A stretch of 38,059 nucleotides of DNA. Source: a virus (lineage: Duplodnaviria; Caudoviricetes). This document shows, piece after piece, positions 8,126 through 18,389 of this stretch (within the stretch, counting starts at the first letter, position 1; each line of letters opens with the position of its first letter). Location of the stretch: the IMG/VR virus record IMGVR_UViG_3300025653_000098, positions 1 through 38,059 of that record; one strand, 5' to 3'. The position numbers were made by a program, and so were the translations under genes. The notes under the pieces were generated by a model. It did not search any database and had not been told where the DNA came from. It worked only from the letters and a program-made list of their open reading frames with translations.

Positions 8126-8968
8126 ATGGCAAGAATAAAAGACATAAGCATAGACGGTACACTAACCGGCGATGAAAAATTAGTTTCTACCGATGCTGAT
8201 TTGTCAACTAAAAATATTAAAGTAGATACACTAAAGCAGTTTATTTTAACTGGCCAAGGAACAGCTTTAACATTCCCTAGTACAACAGGTAGTGCTGGGC
8301 AAATACTAATCAGTCAAGGAAGCAGTGTATTAGACTGGGGAGACGGATTTACCGGGCTAACAACAACTGGAACTAGCGGAGTGGCTACTTTGGTTGCTGG
8401 TACTTTAAATATACCAGATTACGGTAGCGCTGTAACAACACTAAACTCAGGGCAAATATTCGTGGGTAATGCATCAAATGTGTCTACAGGCGTAGCAATG
8501 TCTGGAGATGTTACTATAGATAACGCTGGGGTGACTACCGTAGGCACTATCAATTCAGTTGCAGTAGCTACGGTAACTAACGGAGCAGCCGCGGGTGCGG
8601 TAGCACTACCATTAGCTGGTGGCGAAATGTCAGGTACTATAGCGGGCAACCAAAACATTATTGCTAAAAAACCAACAGTTGTAGACACAAACACAGCTAT
8701 AACTTTACAAGACGGCGTGCACGAGGGTGTATTCTTGTTTTCTAATAGCGCTAGCCCAGTCACTGTGACTATTGATCCAGCCTCTAGCGAGCCATTTGCT
8801 GATGGAACAGAAATTAAAATAATGCGCGGTGGTTCGGGCGCGCTTAGCGTAGCACCAGGATCTGGGGTAAGCTTGAATGGTGGTAGTGGTAGCATATCTA
8901 TTGGCTCACAGTATGGCACATTAACATTAAAAGCAATATCTACAGATGTTTGGGTAGCGTATGTATAA
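8126..8968 (+). CDS. Short fibre-like protein, paralog of 4122-6482
   Basis: Shares the MARI...TDA N-terminus, IFVGNASN...VAMSGDVTIDNxGVTTVGTINSVAVATVT and the HEGVFL C-terminal domain with 4122-6482. Confidence 0.82.
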   Translation: MARIKDISIDGTLTGDEKLVSTDADLSTKNIKVDTLKQFILTGQGTALTFPSTTGSAGQILISQGSSVLDWGDGFTGLTTTGTSGVATLVAGTLNIPDYGSAVTTLNSGQIFVGNASNVSTGVAMSGDVTIDNAGVTTVGTINSVAVATVTNGAAAGAVALPLAGGEMSGTIAGNQNIIAKKPTVVDTNTAITLQDGVHEGVFLFSNSASPVTVTIDPASSEPFADGTEIKIMRGGSGALSVAPGSGVSLNGGSGSISIGSQYGTLTLKAISTDVWVAYV

Positions 8969-9003
8969 AATAAATAATAATCAATTAAATTAAATTAAAT
9001 CAA

Positions 9004-9255
9004 ATGAAAAAAGTAGAAAGAAAAATTAACGAAGGAGAACTTACTTCATTACAATCTAAATTAAGTGAAATTAATGACGTTAAAAAACGAATTGGTGAAA
9101 TGGAAATTCAAAAGCATTCAATGCAGCACCACTTTGTAACGTTAGAGCATGAGTTTAAAACACTTCAAGATGATCTTAGAGAAAAGTATGGTGATGTAAG
9201 TATCAACATCAACGACGGATCAATTAAAGAAGTGGAAAATGAAACTAATACGTAA
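9004..9255 (+). CDS. Small coiled-coil protein
   Basis: Heptad pattern followed by KYGDVSININDGSI; A/T-rich leader. Confidence 0.75.
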   Translation: MKKVERKINEGELTSLQSKLSEINDVKKRIGEMEIQKHSMQHHFVTLEHEFKTLQDDLREKYGDVSININDGSIKEVENETNT

Positions 9256-9457
9256 GATAAGTATAGGTAAAGAATATAAAGATAATGCGATGCATTATTC
9301 TGTTGGGCAAGAAGTTTACGGGGGACATATTATTTGCGACATCGTAGAAGAGTACGACAAGTTCTGTGTTTTTATAAAAGAAGGGGAAGATATAAAGCCT
9401 TGGAAAGATTTTAATAAAAACATGGGTATTGCTGTAGAGTATAACTTAGAATATTAA
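9239..9457 (+). CDS. Small hypothetical protein
   Basis: 72 aa, beta-rich, overlapping both neighbours. Confidence 0.75.
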   Translation: MKLIRKISIGKEYKDNAMHYSVGQEVYGGHIICDIVEEYDKFCVFIKEGEDIKPWKDFNKNMGIAVEYNLEY

Positions 9458-10074
9458 TGCACTCAATATTTGATTATATTGTTTCACCGGTAAAATCTCG
9501 ATACAACAATGAGGTTAAAGTCGGTGATAAAGAACTAATAGTTAATACAGAAATATTTAATCATCAGTTTGTAAATAGAGAGGCTACAGTACTTTCAACG
9601 CCAATAGCTACTCCTACCCCTGTAAATCCGGGAGATAAAGTTTTAATACACCATAATGTATTTAGACGTTGGCATGATGTCAGAGGAATAGAAAAAAATA
9701 GCTCTAGTTATATATCTGATGATAAATATTCTTGTACGCCTGATCAGGTTTATGCTTATAAAAAAGATGAATCTTGGCAAGCATTACCTGGTTACTGCTT
9801 TGTTAAGCCAATAAAAAACAAAGACAAGTTTGCTGCTTCAAGTGAAAACGAATTAATTGGTTTTTTATTATATGACAACAGGCAGCTAAATGAACTTGGA
9901 GTTAAAGCCGGCGACTTGGTTGGTATTGGTAAGTTTAGCCAGTTTGAGTTTATTATTAATGGTGAAAGAGTGTACAGAGCTAAGACTAATGATATTTCAG
10001 TTAAATATGAATACACGGGAGACCAGGAAGAATATAATCCAAGCTGGGCAAATAGCAGTTCAAGAGTTAATTAA
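9457..10074 (+). CDS. Tandem GroES-like domain protein
   Basis: Domain 1: DYIVSP...ATVLSTP...VNPGDKVLIHH. Domain 2: YCFVKP...GVKAGDLVGI...EFIINGERVYRAKTNDI. Confidence 0.7.
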   Translation: MHSIFDYIVSPVKSRYNNEVKVGDKELIVNTEIFNHQFVNREATVLSTPIATPTPVNPGDKVLIHHNVFRRWHDVRGIEKNSSSYISDDKYSCTPDQVYAYKKDESWQALPGYCFVKPIKNKDKFAASSENELIGFLLYDNRQLNELGVKAGDLVGIGKFSQFEFIINGERVYRAKTNDISVKYEYTGDQEEYNPSWANSSSRVN

Positions 10075-10288
10075 AGTTGCGCAAGAAGCTATTGTAGATA
10101 CAGACGAAGATATTTCTGCAGATAGACTTAAAAATGCGGCGGCGACAAAGAAGCTAGCTATATTCGATGCTTTTGAAATACTTCAGCGCATTGAAGAAGA
10201 GGACGCTAACCTTGATGGCAAGCAAAAAGAAGAGGTAAAAGAAGATAAGACGTTTAAAGGCTTTGCTGAAAGGAGATCTAAAAAGTAA
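10007..10288 (+). CDS. Probable terminase small subunit
   Basis: Helical 93-aa protein (MNTRETRKNIIQAG...FAERRSKK) TAATG-coupled to terL. Start at ATG 10007 is preferred over 9890. Confidence 0.6.
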   Translation: MNTRETRKNIIQAGQIAVQELIKVAQEAIVDTDEDISADRLKNAAATKKLAIFDAFEILQRIEEEDANLDGKQKEEVKEDKTFKGFAERRSKK

Positions 10289-12510
10289 TGTACGAGCAAA
10301 CCTTATATAGAGTCATTGAGCCAGTTAACCAAAATAAGTTGCATAGGTACAACAAAGCAAAGCGTTGGGAGTACGGTTACAATGAAGAAGAAGATGTAGT
10401 CGTTATAAGTACAACTGGGCAGATAGGTGACATATATGAAATACAAAACCTTAAAATAGCATTACCTAAAAAACCAAGTAAAGTACATGCTAGATCTAAT
10501 AAAAAAGAAGAGCAGTATTGGGAAAGATTATATAAGCCGAAAGAGTTTGATAAAATCAAAACTATATTTGATTGGAAAGATTATCCGCAAGAGTTTAAAA
10601 ACAAATTTGTAGATTACATTGATCAAGAGTTTGAAAAACGTGAAAGTGGGTTTTGGTTTAAAAACAATGGTGTAGATACTTATATAACAGGCTCTCACTA
10701 CATGTACTTACAGTGGACTAAGATTGATGTAGGAGATGCGGAGTTTAGAGAATCCAACAGGTTATTTTATATATTCTGGGAAGCCTGCAAAGCTGATAAA
10801 AGATCTTATGGCATGTGCTACTTAAAGAACAGACGTTCTGGGTTTTCTTTTATGTCTGCTTCGGAAACGGTTAACATGGCGACCATATCAAGTGATAAAA
10901 GATTTGGAATATTATCTAAAACAGGGCCAGATGCCAAAAAACTCTTTACCGACAAGGTTGTACCTATGTCGACCAATTATCCTTTCTTCTTCAAACCTAT
11001 ACAGGATGGTATGGATCGACCAAAAACTGAACTGTCGTATAGAGTACCTGCATCTAAACTAACTAGAAGAAAGATAGAGGCAAAGGCTGAAGATGAAGAA
11101 CTAGAAGGTCTTGACACAACGATAGACTGGAAAAACACAGCGGACAACTCTTATGATGGTGAAAAGCTCGCGTTGTTAGTTCATGATGAATCTGGTAAGT
11201 GGGAGAGGCCTGAGAATATTTTAAATAACTGGAGGGTAACAAAAACCTGTTTACGACTTGGTAGTAGAGTGGTTGGTAAGTGTATGATGGGAAGTACATC
11301 AAACTCTTTGGATAAAGGGGGTGAGAACTTTAGAAAGCTTTACTACGATTCAGATGTAACAAAACGAAATGCCAACGGTCAAACTAAGTCTGGTTTATAT
11401 AGTTTCTTTATTCCAATGGAATGGAACTACGAAGGATTTATGGACAAGTATGGTATACCGGTTTTTGAAACACCAGACGAGCCAATAATGTCAAATTACG
11501 GTGATCGTATTACAATGGGTATAATAGATTACTGGAATAACGAAGCAGACGCACTTAAGGACGACCAGGACGCGTTAAATGAATTTTATAGGCAGTTTCC
11601 CCGTACAGAGGATCATGCGTTCAGAGATGAGGCTAAAAACAGTTTATTTAACTTAAGTAAAATATATGCTCAAATTGATTTTAACGGAGATCCCTATAAA
11701 TCAACTTTGATAACAAAAGGTAGGTTTCAGTGGCGAGATGGTGTAAAAGATACTAGTGTTGAATTTATACCAGATCAAAACGGTAGATTTAATATTACCT
11801 GGATTCCAAGTAGAAATTTACAAAACAATGTAATAACTAAGAATGGGGTTAAGTGCCCAGGTAATGAACACATTGGGTGTTTCGGGTGTGACCCTTACGA
11901 TATATCAGGAACCGTTGACAAAAGGGGATCAAAGGGTTCACTGCACGGTAAAACAAAATTTTCAATGGAAGATGTTCCACCGGAACACTTCTTTTTAGAG
12001 TATATAGCTAGACCACAAACCGCAGAAATATTTTTTGAAGATGTGCTAATGGCATTAGTATTTTACGGTATGCCAATACTAGCAGAGAACAATAAACCAA
12101 GACTTCTATACTACTTAAAACGAAGGGGGTATAGAGGTTTCTCAATGACAAGACCAGACAAAGTTTGGAATAAACTTTCAGTAACGGAAAAGGAAATTGG
12201 TGGTATACCAAACTCTAGTGAAGACATTAAGCAGGCTCACGCTGCTGCTATTGAATCTTATATAGATCAGTATGTAGGAGAAAAGCAGACAACCATGGGT
12301 GATATGTACTTCAACAAAACACTCAATGAGTGGGCTAGGTTTGATATAAACAAAAGAACTTTGTTTGATGCTACAATCAGTTCAGGTTTAGCAATAATGG
12401 GTTGTAATAGAAATATGTACAAACCAGTACCAGATAAAAAAAATATATCTATTAATATAGGTTTAAAAAGATACGACAATACAGGTTATAGTTCAAAAAT
12501 AATAGAATAA
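10288..12510 (+). CDS. terL: Terminase large subunit
   Basis: Walker A-like LKNRRSGFS, Walker B LLVHDESGK, coupling motif GSTSN, RNase H-like FGCDPYD and a C-terminal FDATISSG. Confidence 0.93.
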   Translation: MYEQTLYRVIEPVNQNKLHRYNKAKRWEYGYNEEEDVVVISTTGQIGDIYEIQNLKIALPKKPSKVHARSNKKEEQYWERLYKPKEFDKIKTIFDWKDYPQEFKNKFVDYIDQEFEKRESGFWFKNNGVDTYITGSHYMYLQWTKIDVGDAEFRESNRLFYIFWEACKADKRSYGMCYLKNRRSGFSFMSASETVNMATISSDKRFGILSKTGPDAKKLFTDKVVPMSTNYPFFFKPIQDGMDRPKTELSYRVPASKLTRRKIEAKAEDEELEGLDTTIDWKNTADNSYDGEKLALLVHDESGKWERPENILNNWRVTKTCLRLGSRVVGKCMMGSTSNSLDKGGENFRKLYYDSDVTKRNANGQTKSGLYSFFIPMEWNYEGFMDKYGIPVFETPDEPIMSNYGDRITMGIIDYWNNEADALKDDQDALNEFYRQFPRTEDHAFRDEAKNSLFNLSKIYAQIDFNGDPYKSTLITKGRFQWRDGVKDTSVEFIPDQNGRFNITWIPSRNLQNNVITKNGVKCPGNEHIGCFGCDPYDISGTVDKRGSKGSLHGKTKFSMEDVPPEHFFLEYIARPQTAEIFFEDVLMALVFYGMPILAENNKPRLLYYLKRRGYRGFSMTRPDKVWNKLSVTEKEIGGIPNSSEDIKQAHAAAIESYIDQYVGEKQTTMGDMYFNKTLNEWARFDINKRTLFDATISSGLAIMGCNRNMYKPVPDKKNISINIGLKRYDNTGYSSKIIE

Positions 12511-14903
12511 TGAATCAAACTCAACCAAAAGGCATATTCCCAAGTCATACAGTTCCTGATGCGGAAAAGTCTAGCTATGGTTACGGCTTGCAAGTTGCAA
12601 GAGCGATAGAATCAGAATGGTTTAAAAAAGATAATGGATCCACTAAGTATTACGCTTCGAAGGATAATTTTCATAGGTTAAGACTATATGCTCGTGGTGA
12701 GCAGTCTATACAAAAGTATAAAGACGAGTTATCCATAAACGGAGATCTATCTTACTTGAACCTAGACTGGACTCCAGTGCCAATTATACCTAAGTTTGTT
12801 GATATTGTAGTAAACGGTATACAAGAAAGAACTTATAGTATCTCTGCTTTTAGCCAAGATGAAGAGTCTACTAAAAGAAGAACAGACTACATAAATAATG
12901 TCATGCGAGACATGAACAACCGGCAGCTGTTAAACGAGATTAACACGACCACTGGTTTTAACATGTTTAAGACAGACCCTGACAAGCTACCTGAAACAAC
13001 AGAAGAGCTTTCTGTCCACATGCAGCTTGATTACAAACCTTCTATTGAGATTGCAGAAGAAGAAGCAATTAACAATGTTTTTGAAATAAACAAGTATCAT
13101 CTTGTTAAGAAAAGACTTGATTATGATATTGCTACTATCGGTATGGCATGTGTTAAAAGCACGTTCAATACAGCTGAAGGTATTAAGATAGATTATGTTG
13201 ACCCAGCTGATATTGTTTATTCATCAACTGATTCTCCATATTTTGAAGACTTGTACTACGTTGGAGAGGTTCGTAGAATATCTATTATGGAACTTAAAAA
13301 GTTCTTTCCTCAGTTGACTGACGAGCAAGTAAAAGAAATAGAGGACATGCACTACTCAAACTCAATGTATAGATCGTATTCATCTAAAGGTAGAGATGAA
13401 GATAACTTCGTTGAGGTTTTGTTTTTTGAGTATAAAACATACAGAAATCAAACATACAAGATAAAACAAACAGCTAGTGGTGCACAAAAAGCTATTGAGA
13501 AAACAGATGAGTTTGATCCACCAAAAGATCAAAGGTCAATGTTTGAAAAAGTACAGCGATCTATAGAAGTTCTTTACGAAGGAGCAAAAGTTATAGGCCA
13601 CGATAAATTGCTTAAGTGGAAGTACGCAGAAAACATGACAAGACCAAAGTCAGATATTACTCGCGTAAATATGAGCTACGCTATGGTAGCGCCTAGAGTT
13701 TACAGAGGCGTACCCGAGTCCCTTGTTTCTCGTATGACAAGCTTTGCTGACATGATACAGCTTACACACTTGAAATTACAACAGGTATCTTCTCGTGTTG
13801 TTCCAGATGGTATTTACATGGACGCAGACGGTTTAGCTGAAATAGATCTTGGTAATGGAACTAACTACAGCCCCCAAGAGGCACTAAACATGTATTTCCA
13901 AACTGGTAGTGTTATTGGTAGATCAATGACGTCGGATGGAGACATGAATCCAGGTCGTGTACCAATACAAGAGCTTCGCACTGGATCTGGTGGTAGTAAA
14001 ATACAAAGCCTTATTGGTTTGTATAACTATTACTTACAAATGATGCGTGACGTAACTGGTCTTAACGAAGCAAGAGATGGTAGCACACCAGACAAAAACG
14101 CTTTAGTTGGTTTACAGAAAATAGCTGCTGCAAACTCAAACACAGCAACAAGACACATACTTCAAGGAAGCCTGTATCTTACCTCTAAAATGGCCGAGGT
14201 TGTTTGCCTAAGACTATCTGATGCTTTAGAGTATGCTAATACCAGAAACTCTTTTATTAACTCTTTAGGTAAGTTTAACGTAGCTACGCTAGATGAATTA
14301 AAAGACTTGCACTTACATGATTTTGGTATCTATATCAATTTAGCTCCAGACGAGGAGGATAAGCAAAAGCTAGAAAACAATATTCAAATAGCTCTACAAC
14401 GAGATCAAATATCATTAGAAGATGTTATTGATATTAGAGATATTAACAATATAAAGCTAGCCAACCAATTGCTAAAGCTTAGAAAGCGTAGAAAGCAAGA
14501 AGCTGATAGACGTATGCAAATGGAAAACATACAAGCTCAATCACAATCTAATGCTCAAGCTGCTGAAGCTGCTGCCGCTGCTAATGTTCAGAAGGAACAA
14601 GCTATTGCTAGTACTAAGGGTCAGCTAATAACTCTTGAGAATCAAGGTGATATTGCTAAGATGGAACGTGAGGCTGAGTTGAAAAAAGATATTATGTCTT
14701 ATCAGTTTGAACTTGATAAACAACTTAAACAGTTGGAATTACAAGTAATTAGTAATAAGGAGGGTTTTAAAGAAGATCGCAAAGACAAGCGAACAAAAAT
14801 CCAAGCAAGTCAACAAAGTGAGTTGATTGATCAAAGGAAGAATAATAAGCCTCCAAAAGATTTTGAAGCAAGCGATGACTTGCTAAGTGGTTTTAATATT
14901 TAA
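12510..14903 (+). CDS. Portal protein
   Basis: 797 aa directly after terL; PIIPKFVDIVVNG, RDVTGLNEARDG and a Q/A-rich C-terminal coiled-coil barrel. Confidence 0.88.
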   Translation: MNQTQPKGIFPSHTVPDAEKSSYGYGLQVARAIESEWFKKDNGSTKYYASKDNFHRLRLYARGEQSIQKYKDELSINGDLSYLNLDWTPVPIIPKFVDIVVNGIQERTYSISAFSQDEESTKRRTDYINNVMRDMNNRQLLNEINTTTGFNMFKTDPDKLPETTEELSVHMQLDYKPSIEIAEEEAINNVFEINKYHLVKKRLDYDIATIGMACVKSTFNTAEGIKIDYVDPADIVYSSTDSPYFEDLYYVGEVRRISIMELKKFFPQLTDEQVKEIEDMHYSNSMYRSYSSKGRDEDNFVEVLFFEYKTYRNQTYKIKQTASGAQKAIEKTDEFDPPKDQRSMFEKVQRSIEVLYEGAKVIGHDKLLKWKYAENMTRPKSDITRVNMSYAMVAPRVYRGVPESLVSRMTSFADMIQLTHLKLQQVSSRVVPDGIYMDADGLAEIDLGNGTNYSPQEALNMYFQTGSVIGRSMTSDGDMNPGRVPIQELRTGSGGSKIQSLIGLYNYYLQMMRDVTGLNEARDGSTPDKNALVGLQKIAAANSNTATRHILQGSLYLTSKMAEVVCLRLSDALEYANTRNSFINSLGKFNVATLDELKDLHLHDFGIYINLAPDEEDKQKLENNIQIALQRDQISLEDVIDIRDINNIKLANQLLKLRKRRKQEADRRMQMENIQAQSQSNAQAAEAAAAANVQKEQAIASTKGQLITLENQGDIAKMEREAELKKDIMSYQFELDKQLKQLELQVISNKEGFKEDRKDKRTKIQASQQSELIDQRKNNKPPKDFEASDDLLSGFNI

Positions 14904-14920
14904 TTATATATTTTTTTATT

Positions 14921-16051
14921 ATGTCTGAAGAAACAGAAAACGTAGAACAATCTACTGAGGAGCAGAATACTGCATCTCGTGTAGAAACAGCAGAAGATGG
15001 TACTATTAAAGTAAATCTTGCTGCTTTTGAAGATCCAGCTCCTTCTCAAGAAGTTGAGCCGGAAGAGAAACAAGAAGAGGTTGTTAACGAGGTTGAAGAA
15101 ACATCGGAAGCGCCTGTGCTTGAAGAAGTTGTTGAACAAGAAGTAGAACAACCAACTGAAGAAGTTGAAGCTACTAAAGAACAGGTTGAACAAATAAATG
15201 AAGAGCTAGATAATAATCCAGGCTTAGACTTACCGGAAAACGTTGAAGATTTGGTAAAGTTTATGAACGAAACTGGTGGATCACTTGAAGATTACGTAAG
15301 ATTAAACGCTGATTATTCAAGTGTCGATGACAAAGCTCTACTTAAAGAATATTACAAATCAAAAAAGAAAAATCTCACAGATGAAGAGATTAGCTTTTTG
15401 ATTGAAGATAAATTTGCTTTTGACGAAGAACTCGATGAAGAGAACGAAGTTAAAAGAAAAAAGCTTGCTTTCAAAGAAGAGGTTGGAGACGCAAGAGATT
15501 TTTTGAATGGTCTGAAAGACAAATACTACAAAGAGGTCAAGTTGGGCTCTAAGTTACTTCCAGAACAACGAGAAGCTGTTGAGTTTTTTAACCGATACAA
15601 TGAGCAACAAAAGGAAACTGAGAAATTAGCTTCCACGCAAAAGGAGCGTTTTGAACAAGAAACGAATAAAGTTTTCAACGATGAATTCAAAGGTTTTGAA
15701 TTTAATGTCGGAGAAAAGAAATACCGTTACAACGTTAAAGACGTTAGCGCTGTTAGAGAACAACAGTCTGATTTGTTAAACGTTTTTGGTAAGTATATCG
15801 AAAACAACATGTTAACAAACGGACGTGACTACCACAAGTCGTTGTTTGCCGCAGCTAACCCGGATGCAATTGCGAATCATTTCTACGAACAAGGTCGAGC
15901 CGATGCTATAAAAGGCATAACCGCTGAGGCTAAAAACATAAACATGGATGCGCGTAAAACCGCTAATGAATATGTAGATGCTGGAGGGGTTAAGGTTAGA
16001 GTTGTTAGTGGTGATTCAGGTTCTAAATTAAAAATGAAAATAAAACGCTAA
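14921..16051 (+). CDS. Capsid scaffolding-like protein
   Basis: Very acidic E-rich N-terminus and helical core; located between portal and MCP. Confidence 0.7.
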   Translation: MSEETENVEQSTEEQNTASRVETAEDGTIKVNLAAFEDPAPSQEVEPEEKQEEVVNEVEETSEAPVLEEVVEQEVEQPTEEVEATKEQVEQINEELDNNPGLDLPENVEDLVKFMNETGGSLEDYVRLNADYSSVDDKALLKEYYKSKKKNLTDEEISFLIEDKFAFDEELDEENEVKRKKLAFKEEVGDARDFLNGLKDKYYKEVKLGSKLLPEQREAVEFFNRYNEQQKETEKLASTQKERFEQETNKVFNDEFKGFEFNVGEKKYRYNVKDVSAVREQQSDLLNVFGKYIENNMLTNGRDYHKSLFAAANPDAIANHFYEQGRADAIKGITAEAKNINMDARKTANEYVDAGGVKVRVVSGDSGSKLKMKIKR

Positions 16052-16063
16052 AATTAATAAAAA

Positions 16064-17509
16064 ATGGCTGATGCTTTTGGAATAACTAATGGAGCACCCG
16101 AACTTAGTGGGTTAACTCCTAACAAAACCACGCTGGCTAGCAACTATGTAAACTTTAATAGTGCTACCTTCAATACGTGGGCACAACAATACCTTCCTGA
16201 GGTTTACGAACAGGAAGTTGAAAGATACGGAAATCGATCTGTATCATCTTTTCTTAGACTTGTAGGCGCTGAAATGCCTATGGCTTCTGATCAAATCGTT
16301 TGGTCTGAGCAAGGTCGTCTACACCAGTACATCAACGCAACATTGGTTACTGATGGATCTAACGTTAACGTTATCAATGCGATTACAGCACCCGTTGCTG
16401 CTTCTCATTCGATTCGTAAAGGATCTACAGTAATTGTTCAAGATGCCGATGGTAAATCTCAGCGAGCTCTTGTAACACTTGGTGTTGAGACTAGCACAAC
16501 TCAGATCACTGTAGCTGCTTACGCTAGCGCTACTGGTCTTGTTGCCGCTGGTTTGACTGCTGGTGCTGTTAAGGTTTTCGTATTTGGTACTGAGTTTGGA
16601 AAAGGTACTAACGGAATGACTGAGAGCCTTACACCAGAGGTTAACACTTTCAGCAACAAGCCAATCATCCTTAAGGATAAGTTTGAAGTTTCAGGATCTG
16701 ACGCTTCTCAAATTGGTTGGATTGAAGTTTCTGGAGAGTCTGGACAGTCTGGATACCTATGGTACATGAAGGCAGAAGGTGATGCTCGAACTCGTTTCGA
16801 AGATTACATTGAAATGGCAATGGTTGAATCAGAAGAAAGAGTAGCAACTCACGCTGGATTTACAGGTGACTTTGCTAACGCTACTGGTACACAAGGTCTT
16901 TTCGCTGCTATCGATGCACGAGGTATCGAGGTAGAAGATATGTCTTCTATCGGGACTGGTGCTACTTTTGAGACTAACGTTGACTTGATTATTCAAGAGC
17001 TTGACAAGCAAGGTGCTATTGAAGAAAACATGCTTTTCTTGAACCGCGCTACTTCTCTTGCTATTGATTCTGGTCTTGCTTCTCAGAACTCTTATGGAGC
17101 AGGTGGTACATCTTATGGTGTATTTGAGAACAGCGAGGACATGGCATTGAATCTTGGATTCTCTGGCTTCCGAAGAGGTTCTTATGATTTCTATAAGACT
17201 GACTGGAAATACTTAAACAACGAAGCTACTCGTGGTCAAGTTGATGATATTGAAGGAGTATTAGTTCCTGCTGGAACATCTTCAGTATACGATCAGATTA
17301 TGGGTAAGAACATTCGTCGACCATTCCTTCACGTACGATACAGAGCTTCTGAAGCTGATGATCGTAAGATGAAGTCTTGGGTGACTGGTTCTGTTGGTGG
17401 AGCTGCTACTTCTGATCTTGATGCAATGCAAGTTAACTACTTGTCTGAGCGTTGTTTGGTTGTACAAGCTGCTAACAACTTCGTATTGTTCCAGAACTAC
17501 TCTGCATAA
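16064..17509 (+). CDS. Major capsid protein
   Basis: 481 aa in the canonical position, with high-expression-type codons (GCT/GGT/CGT/TTC) and a strong terminator downstream. Confidence 0.85.
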   Translation: MADAFGITNGAPELSGLTPNKTTLASNYVNFNSATFNTWAQQYLPEVYEQEVERYGNRSVSSFLRLVGAEMPMASDQIVWSEQGRLHQYINATLVTDGSNVNVINAITAPVAASHSIRKGSTVIVQDADGKSQRALVTLGVETSTTQITVAAYASATGLVAAGLTAGAVKVFVFGTEFGKGTNGMTESLTPEVNTFSNKPIILKDKFEVSGSDASQIGWIEVSGESGQSGYLWYMKAEGDARTRFEDYIEMAMVESEERVATHAGFTGDFANATGTQGLFAAIDARGIEVEDMSSIGTGATFETNVDLIIQELDKQGAIEENMLFLNRATSLAIDSGLASQNSYGAGGTSYGVFENSEDMALNLGFSGFRRGSYDFYKTDWKYLNNEATRGQVDDIEGVLVPAGTSSVYDQIMGKNIRRPFLHVRYRASEADDRKMKSWVTGSVGGAATSDLDAMQVNYLSERCLVVQAANNFVLFQNYSA

Positions 17510-17517
17510 TTAGTTAT

Positions 17518-17557
17518 AAACTTGGGGTTGCTTCGGTGACTCCAAGTTTTCTTTTTT
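17518..17557 (+). terminator. Intrinsic terminator after MCP
   Basis: AAACTTGGGGTTGC-TTCG-GTGACTCCAAGTTT followed by a T tract. Confidence 0.85.
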
Positions 17558-17579
17558 ATTTATTAAATTTTATATTATT

Positions 17580-18326
17580 ATGTCTTCTACAAAAGAATTA
17601 GAAAAAAATTGGGTGATTAAAGATCGTGTATACAAGCTTAATAGCGATAGAGTACCCATTGTAAAAATTATTAAGTCAAGAAATTTATATTGGTTTGACG
17701 AAGAGCTTGGGTATGAAAGAGAAATTAAACTTACAACAAATCAAAAGACACCATTTGTTGATGAGTTTAAAGGAGAAGCTAGATTAGATAACATCATCTT
17801 TAGAGATGGTTTTCTTTCAGTACCAAAAAACAAGCAAGTAATGCAGAAAATTTTATCGCTTTATCATCCTGGAAAAGATAACAGGTATATCGAAGTTGAT
17901 GAAGTTAAGATTGCAGAAAATGATTTAGATTACTTAGAGATGGAAATTTCAGCTCTTAATTCAGCGAAAAGCATGGATGTTGACCAAGCTGAGGCAGTGT
18001 TAAGGGTAGAACTTGGTTCTAAGGTATCTAACATGAGTTCTAAGGAGATAAGAAGAGATGTCTTGCTTATGGCACGAAACAATCCAGAAATGTTCTTAGA
18101 ACTAGCAAATGACGATAACGTTAGTTTGAGAAATATAGGCATTAAAGCTACTGAAGCAAATATCATTAAGCTAGCCGCTGATCAAAGAACGTTCAAATGG
18201 GGAAGTAATGGTAGAAAGTTAATGACTGTGCCATTTGATGAAAACCCATACTCTGCTTTAGCCGCTTGGTTTAAAACAGATGAAGGAATAGAAGTATTCC
18301 AGACTATTGAGAAAAAACTCAAATAA
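17580..18326 (+). CDS. Hypothetical protein downstream of MCP
   Basis: 248-aa ORF in the head module; no function assignable. Confidence 0.8.
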   Translation: MSSTKELEKNWVIKDRVYKLNSDRVPIVKIIKSRNLYWFDEELGYEREIKLTTNQKTPFVDEFKGEARLDNIIFRDGFLSVPKNKQVMQKILSLYHPGKDNRYIEVDEVKIAENDLDYLEMEISALNSAKSMDVDQAEAVLRVELGSKVSNMSSKEIRRDVLLMARNNPEMFLELANDDNVSLRNIGIKATEANIIKLAADQRTFKWGSNGRKLMTVPFDENPYSALAAWFKTDEGIEVFQTIEKKLK

Positions 18327-18343
18327 ATAATAACCATATCATA

Positions 18344-18370
18344 ATAGTACCTCTTCGGGGGTACTGTTTT
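18344..18370 (+). terminator. Terminator-like hairpin
   Basis: ATAGTACCTC-TTCG-GGGGTACTGT followed by TTT. Confidence 0.65.
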
Positions 18371-18389
18371 GATATATAATGCAACGACC

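Noticed and set aside
5742-8600. Diversity-generating retroelement TR/VR pair in the fibre paralogs
   Set aside because: Differences are mostly synonymous and not adenine-specific, and no reverse transcriptase is present in the window.
8969-9003. AATTA pentamer run before ATG 9004
   Set aside because: Similar A/T-rich leaders precede groEL, scaffold and the 17580 gene, consistent with ordinary SD-independent translation initiation regions.
9004-9255. Prefoldin-like partner for the chaperonin
   Set aside because: The apparent beta segment is C-terminal rather than between two helices, and prefoldin serves group II chaperonins. Only a generic coiled coil is supported.
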